Positions 29,454-39,279 of a stretch of DNA of 64,000 bases are shown piece by piece. The DNA is from Pseudomonadota bacterium (lineage in GTDB: Bacteria; Pseudomonadota; Gammaproteobacteria; JAKAQQ01): NCBI GenBank assembly GCA_021839245.1, contig JAKCBQ010000003.1, positions 13,970 through 77,969 on the forward strand, written 5' to 3'. A model generated the notes under the pieces. The model was given only the letters and a program-made list of their open reading frames with translations. It had not been told where the DNA came from and searched no databases. The number at the start of each line of letters is the position of its first letter. Position 1 is the stretch's first letter. A program made the translations under genes and the position numbers.

Positions 29454-31094
29454 TCAGTACTGCATAGCATACTGAGTTGTCGCACGGTATAAATCACCGC
29501 TTCGGTTGTAGTAATAGATGGTCCCCAATCCCTTGAATCGCCGAGCAGGAACGACGAGATCAAGACATTTCGCAGGACCATGAAGAAAAACACGGTAGAG
29601 CAACTTCCGAGTGCCCCGATAGATGTTGACGTACGCACGTGCTTTGAACGCCGGTGCCTGATGGGTGTTACCGTGATAGTTCTTATAGATGTAAACCGTT
29701 GGCCTCGTGATGGGCGCGCCGCTGTCGAGCGGCACCTTTACACCAACGAGCGCGACGAGGTTGCCGTTCACGTAGGATGTCCATACCGTGCCATAGAATC
29801 CAGTGACATAATCACGCGGCGGTAATTCTTTCCCCGTTTTCAGATTGCGCACGGCTGTTGTCGGATGAGGGTGATCATCCATACAAGAGCCAACTATCAG
29901 GGACTCCGCGGCCCGTGCCGCAGGCATAAACGGGATGATGCTGAATATAGAATGCCGGATTGGCTCCCCAAGGTCAATTGATGCTCCCGGAGGGTTGAAC
30001 GGTGTACCACCGAAGTTACAGCACGATGCAAAACTCTGTTTCGGTTGCCGTGAAACCACGGCGACATGCTTCGGCGGCTGATATGCGACGGAAGCCCTCT
30101 GAGGGTATGCAATAGGAGTTGCAGGAGTTGCAGGAGTTGCAGGAGTTGCAGGAGTTGCAGGAGTTGCAGGAGTTGCAGACGAAGATGCTTTCGAAATCGA
30201 TTCTGCAGACGGCCTGACGTGCACCTGGTAATACATCGGATTGACTGAGCGTCTCTGAAGGAAGCGCTTCAGATAAGCGAGTGAACCTACATCGACGATC
30301 TGCACGCGATTGTTTGCCTCTCTGCCTTGAGCAGTCGAGTTTGGTGCGATAGGCAAGGCATCGCCGGCTCCTTGGTAATAAATGTTGGCCGCCGGTACAC
30401 CGGCTTGCGCGAAAAGTCTTGCCACGGCTTTTGCACGCACCTGCGAGAGCTTTGCGAGATTAGCCCCAGCGGCGGCATCTTGGGCATCGGTATGCCCAAC
30501 AATCAGAATGACCTGGTTTTCTACTTCTTGCCTCTGCTCAGGCGTCGCACTTGGTGAGAGCTCCGCCGGTGTATATATTTGCGCGATCTGCGTCAGGTAC
30601 GCTCGCCCCTGCGGCGTGAGGGTTGCTGATCCTGGCTCAAATTCGTCGTACTTGTTCTCCAGTTGAACGTCGAGTCCTATTGTCTCATTCGAGTGCCGAG
30701 TCCGAACACCCAGTTCGGCCGGGGTTATCTTTGCACTGGCCAGACGAAGACGATTCGCTTGGGCAATCTCGTACAGTCGGCAACGACGGACATCGATGAT
30801 CTGACCAACCAAGGATCCCATGGCGGCCCCGAGTGTGGCTCCAGCGCCAGGATTGCCTCTATCTAATAGAGTTCCTAACTGTCCACCCGCGTATCCGAGA
30901 GCATTACGATCATAGTTCGAGCATGGATTGGGGTTGGTGGTTATGGGGCCGACGATAGGATTGACTAAGGGCTGGATTGAAGGTGGGACGTTTGGCAGAA
31001 GGGTCTGGGGGTTGATCGCACAGCTGGAAAGGACGGTCAACACCGCTGCGGCCAGTATCGCCTGCGAACAGACCAGTAGAGCGGATGTCTTCAT
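29454..31094 (-). CDS. OmpA/MotB-domain lipoprotein with an (ATP)n linker and an uncharacterised C-terminal domain
   Basis: Lipobox LTVLSSC. Central OmpA-like peptidoglycan-binding domain (ILIVGHTDAQD...LSQVRAKAVARLF...NNRVQIV). ATPATPATPATPATPATP linker. ~230-aa C-terminal domain with no recognisable motifs. Confidence 0.65.
   Translation of the reverse strand: MKTSALLVCSQAILAAAVLTVLSSCAINPQTLLPNVPPSIQPLVNPIVGPITTNPNPCSNYDRNALGYAGGQLGTLLDRGNPGAGATLGAAMGSLVGQIIDVRRCRLYEIAQANRLRLASAKITPAELGVRTRHSNETIGLDVQLENKYDEFEPGSATLTPQGRAYLTQIAQIYTPAELSPSATPEQRQEVENQVILIVGHTDAQDAAAGANLAKLSQVRAKAVARLFAQAGVPAANIYYQGAGDALPIAPNSTAQGREANNRVQIVDVGSLAYLKRFLQRRSVNPMYYQVHVRPSAESISKASSSATPATPATPATPATPATPATPIAYPQRASVAYQPPKHVAVVSRQPKQSFASCCNFGGTPFNPPGASIDLGEPIRHSIFSIIPFMPAARAAESLIVGSCMDDHPHPTTAVRNLKTGKELPPRDYVTGFYGTVWTSYVNGNLVALVGVKVPLDSGAPITRPTVYIYKNYHGNTHQAPAFKARAYVNIYRGTRKLLYRVFLHGPAKCLDLVVPARRFKGLGTIYYYNRSGDLYRATTQYAMQY
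30114..30176. repeat. 7 perfect tandem copies of the 9-mer GGAGTTGCA, in frame within the lipoprotein gene; encodes the ATP repeats
   Basis: Seen directly as a 63-nt perfect microsatellite. Confidence 0.9.
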
Positions 31095-31220
31095 CACTCT
31101 CTTCTCCTGGAAGTCCAACCTTGGAGGAGTGTCTGATTTTTGGAGTATACCCAGCTATATGGGGCATTGCAAGGGTCAAGTCCAATCTCTGCTGTAAATT
31201 TGATCCGGTTTAGACGTGCT

Positions 31221-31349
31221 TCACTCAAAGACACCACCTGATCCAGATGTCTCTTTACCGAGTTCTCCGCCATGCTGATGTGTCATAGCCAGAGCAGTCA
31301 AAGGCACCAGAAAGGCTACACAGGAAACCCAATATGCGTTTCTTTTCAT
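31221..31349 (-). CDS. possible small secreted peptide (42 aa)
   Basis: GGGGGA RBS 5 nt before ATG. Signal peptide MKRNAYWVSCVAFLVPLTALA followed by a 21-aa His-containing mature part (MTHQHGGELGKETSGSGGVFE). Tentative. Confidence 0.25.
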   Translation of the reverse strand: MKRNAYWVSCVAFLVPLTALAMTHQHGGELGKETSGSGGVFE

Positions 31350-31653
31350 GGATTCCCCCCGTTTATTTGCGCTTTGGACAGAATAAAAACCGTGGCCCTT
31401 GCTGTCAGACTTTTGGGGGCTTGACAGCATGACCCTGCCGGCCAATGTCACCACATCTTCCAGATGGAGACGCCTAGTCCAGTAGTCATGAAGAATAACC
31501 GCTGAGACCCCAACTATTATTCCGCATGAGGCACGGATGGAGTTCTCGGGGCCTTTAGCATAACCCGGATCCCCAGCCCCAGATTGAGCGGCAGATTTTT
31601 GTCATCGTCCATATCCATGGCACTCACCTTCAATTAGGTTCTGGTTGATTTTA

Positions 31654-31730
<77 letters not shown>

Positions 31731-31823
31731 TCCTTTCGCCTTGCCTCTATATGATAACCCTTCCTTCGGCGTTGTCAACTCCTGTGCCAGCCTTAGGCCA
31801 CCTCCGGGACACACCCGAGGCAA

Positions 31824-33290
31824 TCAGCGCAGGAGGTACGACATCGCGATGCGGCATGCCGACCAGAGCCCCTCCGGAAGAATCCCCAGGACCAGTAAGC
31901 CCAAAGCGTTGATCCCCAACCAGACGCGCGAGAAAACCGGTGCCGGGACCCCAGCGATGGCGCCGTCACCACCCGGGGCAGACGGCGGATCAAAGTACAT
32001 CGACTTGACCACACGAAGATAGTAGTACGCCGCAACCACCGCCATCACGACCGCGAAGATGGCGAGGCCTGTTTCGTGGGCCATGATCACGCGGCGTAGC
32101 ACAATGAGCTTCGCCCAGAATCCGAGGAACGGGGGAACGCCGGCGAGTGAAAAGAGGGCGCAGAGAAGGAAAAACGCCGTCCAGGGATCTCTCCGGGAAA
32201 GCCCCGCGAGATCCTCGAGTGTGGTCGACTTTTCTCCACGGGCCTCGAGCAGCGTCAGCCCACCGAAAGCGGCGGCCGACATGAGCACGTAGACGACCGT
32301 GTAGTACACCGCCGCGGTCTCCCCTCCCCGACCGGCCAGCTGGAAGGCCAGGAGAATGAAGCCCACGTGACCCACGGCGGAATAGCCGAGGAGGCGGCGC
32401 ACGTTCATCTGAACGACGGCCAGAAGATTGCCCACGAGGAGCGAAAGGACACTCGCCACCATCAGAAGAACACCCCAGTCGCTCGAGGCGGCGCCCAGAC
32501 CGAGACCCAGAAGGCGCATGAAGAGCGCAATCGATGCGATTTCCGGAACGGTTCCGACGAGCAGGGTTACCGAGGTCGGGGCCCCTTCGTAGACGTCGGG
32601 AACCCAGAAATGAAGGGGGACGGCCCCGAACTTGAAGGCGAGAGCCACCACCACGAAAGCCACGGCGGCCAGCGTCAACGGAGACCCGGGGTGCGCCGCC
32701 AGCGCACGGGCCACGACATCGAGGCGGAAACTTCCCGCAAGACCGTAGAGGAACGTGAAGGCGTAGAGAAGAAGCGCCGAGGCCATCGCTCCCAGGACGA
32801 AGTACTTCATCGCCGCTTCCGCACCGAGGGGGCGGCGGCGGTCGATGGCGATGAGGGCGTAGAGCGAAAGCGCGAGGAGTTCAAGCCCAAGATAAAGCGT
32901 GAGAAGGCTTCCCCCAGAGTCGACGACCAAGACGCCGAGAAGCGTGGTCAGGACGAGGAAGTAGTGTTCCGCCCGTTCAAGACCGTGGCGGACGAGCTGG
33001 GGACGCGAATAGACGAGGACCAGAAACGTGGCCACGCCGGCCGCGACGTCGAGAAAACGCGACAAGGGATCGTTGACGAGCCCCCCGTGCCAGAACACCC
33101 CGGATCTCCCCAGGCTCCCCGCCGCCAGGAGAAACACCACGACCGCGACGCTCACGAGCGCCACGCGGTAGGCCCACACGGGTCGTGGGCGGCGGGCCAG
33201 AACCTCGAAGAGCAGAATGAGGATCGAACCGGCGCCGATGAGGATCTCCGATCCGGCGGCCCAAATGTCGCGGCTCAACATGGGGAACAA
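31824..33290 (-). CDS. nuoN: NADH-quinone oxidoreductase subunit N
   Basis: 488-aa polytopic antiporter-like subunit. Last gene of the nuo cluster. Confidence 0.85.
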   Translation of the reverse strand: MFPMLSRDIWAAGSEILIGAGSILILLFEVLARRPRPVWAYRVALVSVAVVVFLLAAGSLGRSGVFWHGGLVNDPLSRFLDVAAGVATFLVLVYSRPQLVRHGLERAEHYFLVLTTLLGVLVVDSGGSLLTLYLGLELLALSLYALIAIDRRRPLGAEAAMKYFVLGAMASALLLYAFTFLYGLAGSFRLDVVARALAAHPGSPLTLAAVAFVVVALAFKFGAVPLHFWVPDVYEGAPTSVTLLVGTVPEIASIALFMRLLGLGLGAASSDWGVLLMVASVLSLLVGNLLAVVQMNVRRLLGYSAVGHVGFILLAFQLAGRGGETAAVYYTVVYVLMSAAAFGGLTLLEARGEKSTTLEDLAGLSRRDPWTAFFLLCALFSLAGVPPFLGFWAKLIVLRRVIMAHETGLAIFAVVMAVVAAYYYLRVVKSMYFDPPSAPGGDGAIAGVPAPVFSRVWLGINALGLLVLGILPEGLWSACRIAMSYLLR

Positions 33291-33312
33291 TCCTGGAGCA
33301 AGAAAACGGAGA

Positions 33313-34815
33313 TCATGTGGGCAGCTTGCGGCGCATCGCCTGCGCGACGAGATGCACGACCGAGGCGTGCATCATGTGAAGGATCGGCTCGGGCCAGAGG
33401 CCAAAGAGAAGAACCAGAACCGCGAGCGGGGCCAGCACGAGGAACTCCCGCGGCGTGAGATCGGACAGTTTGCCCACATCCTCGTGCACCACCGGATTGA
33501 ACACCACCCGGCGGATCATCCAGAGCGTGTACGCCGCCCCCGTCACGAGACTGGTCGCCGCGAGAAGCCCCCACCAGTGCGAGGCCTGCCACGAAGCGAG
33601 GATCACCTGGAATTCACCGACGAAACCGCTTGTCCCCGGAAGCGCGACGTTGGCCATCGCAAAGAGCACGAAAAAGAACGCGAACCACGGCATGACACGC
33701 GCGACCCCCCCGTAGCGTGCGATCTCACGGGTGTGCAGGCGATCGTAGAGCACCCCCACGCAGAGGAACAACGCCCCGGAGACGAAACCGTGGGAGATCA
33801 TCTGGAAAATCCCGCCCTCGACGCCCATGTGGGCCACGTCGGGATGGAGGAAGAGGAAAAACAGGATGAAAAAGCCGAGCGTGACAAAGCCCATGTGTGC
33901 AATCGACGAGTACGCCACAAGCTTCTTCATGTCGTCCTGCACCAGCGCCACGAACGCAATGTAGACGATCGCGATCAGCGAGAGGGCGATCATGGGGAAA
34001 GCCAGGTAACGGCTCGCATCGGGGGCGATCGGAAGGCTGAAGCGGAGAAAACCGTAGGCCCCCATTTTGAGAAGAATGGCCGCGAGGATCACCGACCCCC
34101 CCGTGGGGGCCTCGACGTGCGCGTCCGGAAGCCACGTGTGAACCGGCCACATCGGGACCTTCACGGCGAAAGCCGCGAAAAACGCGAGAAAAACGAAGAT
34201 TTGCGTTCCCCAACCCAGAGGGGCCCTCTGGAACGCCAGGATGTCGAACGAGCCGGTCTTGTGCGCAAGATCCAGGATGGCCAGGAGCATCAAGACGGAA
34301 CCCAGGAACGTGTAAAGAAAAAACTTGATCGTGGCGTAGATGCGTCGCGGCCCTCCCCAGATCCCGATGATGAGAAACATCGGGATGAGCATCGCTTCCC
34401 AGAAGAGATAGAAAAGGAGCGCGTCGAGGGCGGCGAACACCCCGATCATGAGCCCTTCCATGATGAGAAACGCCGCGAAATACGCCGCCTGCTGCCGTTC
34501 GATCACCCGCCATCCGGCCAGGACCACGAGGACGGTACTCAGGGTCGTGAGCAGGATGAACGGGAAGGAGATGCCGTCGACGCCCAGGTGGTAGCGGGCG
34601 TGAAGGGCCGGAATCCACGGTGCGTTCTCGACGAACTGCATGGCCGAGGTGCCGTCGTGGAAACGCGCCAGCGCGGCCAGGTTGAGGGCGAAGACGAGGA
34701 GGCTCACGGCGAGCGCCCAGCCGCGACGGAAGGCGGGGCTCCGGTCGGGAACCACGAGAAGGACGAGACCCCCGAGAAGCGGAAGGACGATCAGCAAACT
34801 CAACCAGGGGGTCAT
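33313..34815 (-). CDS. nuoM: NADH-quinone oxidoreductase subunit M
   Basis: 500-aa antiporter-like subunit (MTPWLSLLIVLPLLGGLVLL...). Sits between nuoL and nuoN. Confidence 0.85.
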   Translation of the reverse strand: MTPWLSLLIVLPLLGGLVLLVVPDRSPAFRRGWALAVSLLVFALNLAALARFHDGTSAMQFVENAPWIPALHARYHLGVDGISFPFILLTTLSTVLVVLAGWRVIERQQAAYFAAFLIMEGLMIGVFAALDALLFYLFWEAMLIPMFLIIGIWGGPRRIYATIKFFLYTFLGSVLMLLAILDLAHKTGSFDILAFQRAPLGWGTQIFVFLAFFAAFAVKVPMWPVHTWLPDAHVEAPTGGSVILAAILLKMGAYGFLRFSLPIAPDASRYLAFPMIALSLIAIVYIAFVALVQDDMKKLVAYSSIAHMGFVTLGFFILFFLFLHPDVAHMGVEGGIFQMISHGFVSGALFLCVGVLYDRLHTREIARYGGVARVMPWFAFFFVLFAMANVALPGTSGFVGEFQVILASWQASHWWGLLAATSLVTGAAYTLWMIRRVVFNPVVHEDVGKLSDLTPREFLVLAPLAVLVLLFGLWPEPILHMMHASVVHLVAQAMRRKLPT

Positions 34816-34831
34816 CCCGAATCCTCGTCGG

Positions 34832-36787
34832 TCAGGTCAGGAGCGCGTAGCCGAGAACGGCCACGAGCGCGGCAATCATCACGAAGGCGTAACGGTACAG
34901 CCGTCCGCTCTGGATAGGCCGTAACCGACGCGCCGCCGCTCCGACGAGGCGCGCCGAGCCGTTGACGAGCCCGCCGTCGATGAGAAGGCGATCCCCCCCC
35001 GTACTCAGTCCGCGGCCGACGAGCCAGCCGGCTCGCGCGCAGATCACCTCGTAGAAGACGTCCACATAATATTTCTGGACGAAAAGGCGATAAAGACCGT
35101 GAAACGCCGCGGCGGCGCGTGCCGGGAAGGCCGGACGATAGAGATAGCCGTACCAAGCGGTGGCGAGACCGGCGATCATGAGCCAGAAGCTGGGCTCCGA
35201 AAACGCTCCCATCACGAACGCGAGCGGTGTGAGGTGGGGGTGGCGGCTCACAAACCCGAGCGGATGCCCGTAGGGGAGACGTCCGAAAACCCCGGCGAAA
35301 AAGGAACCTCCCAAGAACGGCCGGAACATCACCCAACCGGCCGCGAGCGCCGGAATCGCGAGGGCCACGAGCGGCAAGGTCACCACGAGAGGGCTCTCGT
35401 GAAGGTGGGCCCGGGTATGCTCGTCCATGCGCGGCTCACCGTGAAACACCAGAAAGACCATGCGGAAGGTGTAGAGAGCCGTCACAAAGACGCCGCCGAG
35501 CAGGAGAAGATGCGCGAGAGCGGCCCCCGCCACGGGGCTTCGCCCGACCGCGTCGATGATGGCGTCCTTCGAGAAGAAGCCCGAGAACCCGGGAAACGCC
35601 ACGAGGGCGAAAGAGCCCACGAGAAACGTGATGTACGTCACCGGCATGAAGCGGCGAAGACCACCCATCTTGCGCATGTCCTGCTCGTGGTGCATCGCGA
35701 GGATCACCGATCCCGCCCCCAGGAACAGGAGCGCCTTGAAGAACGCGTGCGTCACGAGATGGAAAATGCCCGCGGCAAAAGCTCCGGCTCCCAACCCTGC
35801 GCACATGTAACCGAGCTGGGAGATGGTCGAGTAGGCGATCACACGTTTGATGTCCGTCGCCACGATCCCGAGGAGACCCATGAAAAAGGCGGTCAGCGCG
35901 CCCACCACCAGAACCACCGAAAGCGCGGTCGCCGACTGGACGTAAAGAGGGGAAAGGCGAGCCACGAGATAAATCCCTGCGGTCACCATCGTGGCGGCGT
36001 GGATCAAAGCCGAAATCGGTGTGGGACCTTCCATCGAATCCGGAAGCCAGGCGTGAAGCGGAATCTGTGCCGACTTCGCGCTCGCCCCGACGAAGAGGAG
36101 AAGCGCCGCCGCGGTTGCCACGGTCATGCCCCCCGAGCCCCCCAGGATCGGGGTGCGGCCGAGAAGGGGGGCTGCGGCGAAAATGGCCCGGAAAGACAGG
36201 GTGTGGACGGCGGCGAAGAGGACCGCCATACCCAAAAGAAAGGCGAGATCCCCCACCCGATTGAGAAGAAACGCCTTGACCGCCGCCCGGCTCGCGCTCG
36301 GCCGCTCGAACCAGAACCCGATGAGAAGATAGGAAACGAGCCCCACGCCTTCCCAGCCGGCAAAAAGCTCGAGGAGATTGTTGGCCACCACCAGGAGCAG
36401 CATCGCAAAGGTAAAGAGGCTCAGGTAACTGAAGAAACGGGCGTAGCCCGGATCGTCGTGCATATAGCCGATGGTGTACACGTGGACGGCGAGCGAGACG
36501 AAGGTCACCACGACCATCATGAGAGCGCTCAACCGATCGATCCAGGCCCCGACCGCGAAACGGGCCCCGCCGCTCATCATCCACGTGTAGAACGTCAGCA
36601 CATGGGGACGAGGATCGACGAGCACGCGCCGGAGAATCAGGGCGGAGGCGAGAAACGCGAGAGCGACCGCGAGAATGGTGAGAACGTGGGCCCCGGTGCG
36701 TCCGACGAGATTGCGCCCAAGGCCCGCGATCAACGCGGCGGCAAGCGGCAGCAGAAGAACACCCAGAACGAGGTCGTCGAGGCTCAT
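34832..36787 (-). CDS. nuoL: NADH-quinone oxidoreductase subunit L
   Basis: 651-aa antiporter-like subunit with the long C-terminal extension. Sits between nuoK and nuoM. Confidence 0.85.
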   Translation of the reverse strand: MSLDDLVLGVLLLPLAAALIAGLGRNLVGRTGAHVLTILAVALAFLASALILRRVLVDPRPHVLTFYTWMMSGGARFAVGAWIDRLSALMMVVVTFVSLAVHVYTIGYMHDDPGYARFFSYLSLFTFAMLLLVVANNLLELFAGWEGVGLVSYLLIGFWFERPSASRAAVKAFLLNRVGDLAFLLGMAVLFAAVHTLSFRAIFAAAPLLGRTPILGGSGGMTVATAAALLLFVGASAKSAQIPLHAWLPDSMEGPTPISALIHAATMVTAGIYLVARLSPLYVQSATALSVVLVVGALTAFFMGLLGIVATDIKRVIAYSTISQLGYMCAGLGAGAFAAGIFHLVTHAFFKALLFLGAGSVILAMHHEQDMRKMGGLRRFMPVTYITFLVGSFALVAFPGFSGFFSKDAIIDAVGRSPVAGAALAHLLLLGGVFVTALYTFRMVFLVFHGEPRMDEHTRAHLHESPLVVTLPLVALAIPALAAGWVMFRPFLGGSFFAGVFGRLPYGHPLGFVSRHPHLTPLAFVMGAFSEPSFWLMIAGLATAWYGYLYRPAFPARAAAAFHGLYRLFVQKYYVDVFYEVICARAGWLVGRGLSTGGDRLLIDGGLVNGSARLVGAAARRLRPIQSGRLYRYAFVMIAALVAVLGYALLT

Positions 36788-36796
36788 CGCACCCCC

Positions 36797-37099
36797 TTAG
36801 CCTTTGAGTGTGTCGATCGTGTCGACGTCTACGCTGCGCTTGTTGCGGAAGACGACGACGAGAAGAGCAAGCCCGATCGCGGCCTCGGCCGCGGCCACGG
36901 TCAACACGAAGAAGACCGCCACCTGACCCGAGAGTCCCCCCCACCACGCCGACCAAGCCACAAAGCTCGTATTGACGGCAAGCAGCATGAGTTCAATGCA
37001 CATCAGGAGAACCACGAGATTTTTTCGGTTGACGAACATCCCCGCGAGTGCAATGGCAAAGACGACGGCGGAAACGGCAAGATCATCGAACAGCGGCAT
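36797..37099 (-). CDS. nuoK: NADH-quinone oxidoreductase subunit K
   Basis: 100 aa, three TM helices ([43 protein letters not shown]). Confidence 0.85.
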   Translation of the reverse strand: MPLFDDLAVSAVVFAIALAGMFVNRKNLVVLLMCIELMLLAVNTSFVAWSAWWGGLSGQVAVFFVLTVAAAEAAIGLALLVVVFRNKRSVDVDTIDTLKG

Positions 37100-37740
37100 C
37101 AGCTCTCCTCCCCGTTCTTCCCGGTCGTGCCTTTCGGGAACGGATCCACGAGTCGGATCCGTCGGGCGGGGTCCACACGGACCTGGGTCGCAGGATCTTG
37201 TCGGCGCACGCCCTCGCGGTGCACCAGTGTGAGCACGATGGCGGCCACCACGCCCACCAGGAGCAGGAACCCGGCGATCTCGAAGGGATAGAGATCGTCA
37301 CGGTAGAGACGGAGGCCCAACGCTCGTGTATTGGGCAGCGCACCCGGGCGAAGCGGGGGAGCCAGCGACACGAGGCCCAGGTGCCGGGCCCAAAACACGT
37401 AGCCGATCTCGAACGCGAGGAGAAGCGCCACGGTGGCCGCGAGGGGCGCGTGGCGGACGAACCCACGACGGATCACCGCGAGATCAATATCGAGCATCAT
37501 GACGACGAACAGGAGCAGCACCATCACCGCCCCGACGTACACGAGGACGAGCACGATGCCCAGAAATTCCGCCCCGAGGAGCACCCAAAGAACGGCCGCG
37601 TTGAAAAACGAAAGAATGAGGAACAGGGCGGCGTGTACAGGGTTGCGCGCCACCACCACGCCCAACGCGGAGACCACCAAAACGGTGGCGAAGAAGCCAA
37701 AAACGCCTTCGACGAGAAGATGAGCGGCGGTCATGGGCAC
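37099..37740 (-). CDS. nuoJ: NADH-quinone oxidoreductase subunit J
   Basis: 213-aa membrane subunit between nuoI and nuoK. Confidence 0.8.
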   Translation of the reverse strand: MPMTAAHLLVEGVFGFFATVLVVSALGVVVARNPVHAALFLILSFFNAAVLWVLLGAEFLGIVLVLVYVGAVMVLLLFVVMMLDIDLAVIRRGFVRHAPLAATVALLLAFEIGYVFWARHLGLVSLAPPLRPGALPNTRALGLRLYRDDLYPFEIAGFLLLVGVVAAIVLTLVHREGVRRQDPATQVRVDPARRIRLVDPFPKGTTGKNGEES

Positions 37741-37742
37741 GT

Positions 37743-38231
37743 CTAACGGTAAGGAGCGTCGGCCGCCCGGTCGCTGGCGATTTGGGGTTCGTACGCGTCT
37801 CCAATCGCCAGAAGTTTTTCTTTGGTCATGATCTGCTGACCACGCTTTTCAAAGTGAAAGGCAAAAACCCGCGTTTCGACGATCGAATCGACGGGGCAGG
37901 CCTCCTCGCAAAATCCACAGTAGATGCACTTGAAAAGATCGATGTCGTAACGGGTCGTCCGCCGCGTGCCGTCGGCACGGACATCGGAGTCGATCGTGAT
38001 GGCGAGCGCGGGACACACGGCCTCGCACAGCTTGCACGCGATGCAGCGCTCCTCACCGTTGGGGTAGCGGCGGAGAGCGTGCAGGCCGCGGAAGCGCGGC
38101 GACTGAGGCGTGGTCTCTTCGGGGTAGCGAACCGTCACCTTGGGCGTGAAAAACTCGCGGAGCGTCACGCCAAGTCCCGCGATGAGCTCGGGAAGGAGAA
38201 GGCTCTTGAAGAAGCGGCGCAACCGGTTCAT
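37743..38231 (-). CDS. nuoI: NADH-quinone oxidoreductase subunit I
   Basis: Two 4Fe-4S ferredoxin motifs ([24 protein letters not shown]). Start taken at [10 protein letters not shown] (ATG at 38229-38231), 4 nt after the nuoH stop. Confidence 0.85.
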   Translation of the reverse strand: MNRLRRFFKSLLLPELIAGLGVTLREFFTPKVTVRYPEETTPQSPRFRGLHALRRYPNGEERCIACKLCEAVCPALAITIDSDVRADGTRRTTRYDIDLFKCIYCGFCEEACPVDSIVETRVFAFHFEKRGQQIMTKEKLLAIGDAYEPQIASDRAADAPYR

Positions 38232-38235
38232 CGTC

Positions 38236-39279
38236 TTACCTCGCAAACCACGGGCCGACCCGGTACCAGAGCGCCACACCCTCGAGGCTGATCCACACGA
38301 TGGTGAGGGGGACAAACACTTTCCACCCGAGACGCATGATCTGGTCGTAACGGAAGCGGGGGAACGTCGCGCGGAACCAAAGAAAACAGAAGAGGAGGAT
38401 CATGACTTTGAGCGCCAGCCAGAAAAACCCCGGCGCGGCGAGAAGTCCCCACGGCAGGCCGGCGAACGGCGACGCCCAGCCGCCGAGAAAGAGCGTGGCG
38501 GCCAGCGTCGAGACCAGGATCATGTTGGCGTATTCGGCGAGAAAGAACATGGCGAACATCACGCCCGAATACTCCACGTGGAAGCCCGCCACGATCTCCG
38601 ATTCGCCCTCGACCACATCGAACGGGGCCCGGTTCGTTTCCGCCACGGCCGAGATGAAATACACAAAGAACAGCGGCAGGAGTGGAATGACGTACCAGTG
38701 CAGGATGTTGGGGGCCTGGCGCGCCACGAGATGACCGAGATCCAGAGTTCCGGCGGCCATCAGCACGCCCACCAGAGCAAACCCCATCGCAATTTCGTAC
38801 GAGACGATCTGAGCGGCCGAACGCATGGCCCCGAGGAGCGCGTAGCGGGAGTTGGAGGCCCAACCCGCAAGAATCACGCCGTACACCCCAAGGGAGGTGA
38901 GCGCCAGAAGGTAGAGCAGCCCGGCGTTGATGGGCGCGATGGCCGTATGGGGGGCAAAGGGAATCACCGCCCAGGCCGCCAACGCCGGTGTGAGGACCAG
39001 AAGCGGAGCCCCGACGAAGACCGCACGGCTGGCCGCGTCCGGGATCACGGGCTCTTTCGAGAGAAGCTTGAAGACATCGGCGAAGGGCTGAAGAAGTCCC
39101 CAGCGTCCCACGCGGTTCGGGCCGAGGCGGGCCTGCATGTAGCCGATGATCTTGCGCTCCGCATAGGTGAGATACGCCACCGAGAGAATCACACCGACGG
39201 TCGTGAGGACGACCGCGCCCACGGTCCGGACGACCGCCCGCAGATCCTCAGGGCTGAGAACGATACCGTCGAACGTCAC
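38236..39279 (-). CDS. nuoH: NADH-quinone oxidoreductase subunit H
   Basis: Conserved [23 protein letters not shown] start overlaps the nuoG stop (GTGA). The track ORF's upstream N-terminal extension is Gly/Arg-rich and is discarded. Confidence 0.85.
   Translation of the reverse strand: MTFDGIVLSPEDLRAVVRTVGAVVLTTVGVILSVAYLTYAERKIIGYMQARLGPNRVGRWGLLQPFADVFKLLSKEPVIPDAASRAVFVGAPLLVLTPALAAWAVIPFAPHTAIAPINAGLLYLLALTSLGVYGVILAGWASNSRYALLGAMRSAAQIVSYEIAMGFALVGVLMAAGTLDLGHLVARQAPNILHWYVIPLLPLFFVYFISAVAETNRAPFDVVEGESEIVAGFHVEYSGVMFAMFFLAEYANMILVSTLAATLFLGGWASPFAGLPWGLLAAPGFFWLALKVMILLFCFLWFRATFPRFRYDQIMRLGWKVFVPLTIVWISLEGVALWYRVGPWFAR

Noticed and set aside
30100-30185. Tandem repeat array considered as a possible CRISPR
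   Set aside because: Units are 9 bp, contiguous with no spacers, and lie in frame inside a coding gene. It is a coding microsatellite, not a CRISPR array.
33217-37291. Very long plus-strand ORFs (566 and 730 aa) across the nuo region
   Set aside because: They are antisense to well-supported nuoL/M/N genes and composed of Arg/Glu/His/Gly-rich low-complexity sequence. This is typical of spurious antisense ORFs in high-GC DNA.
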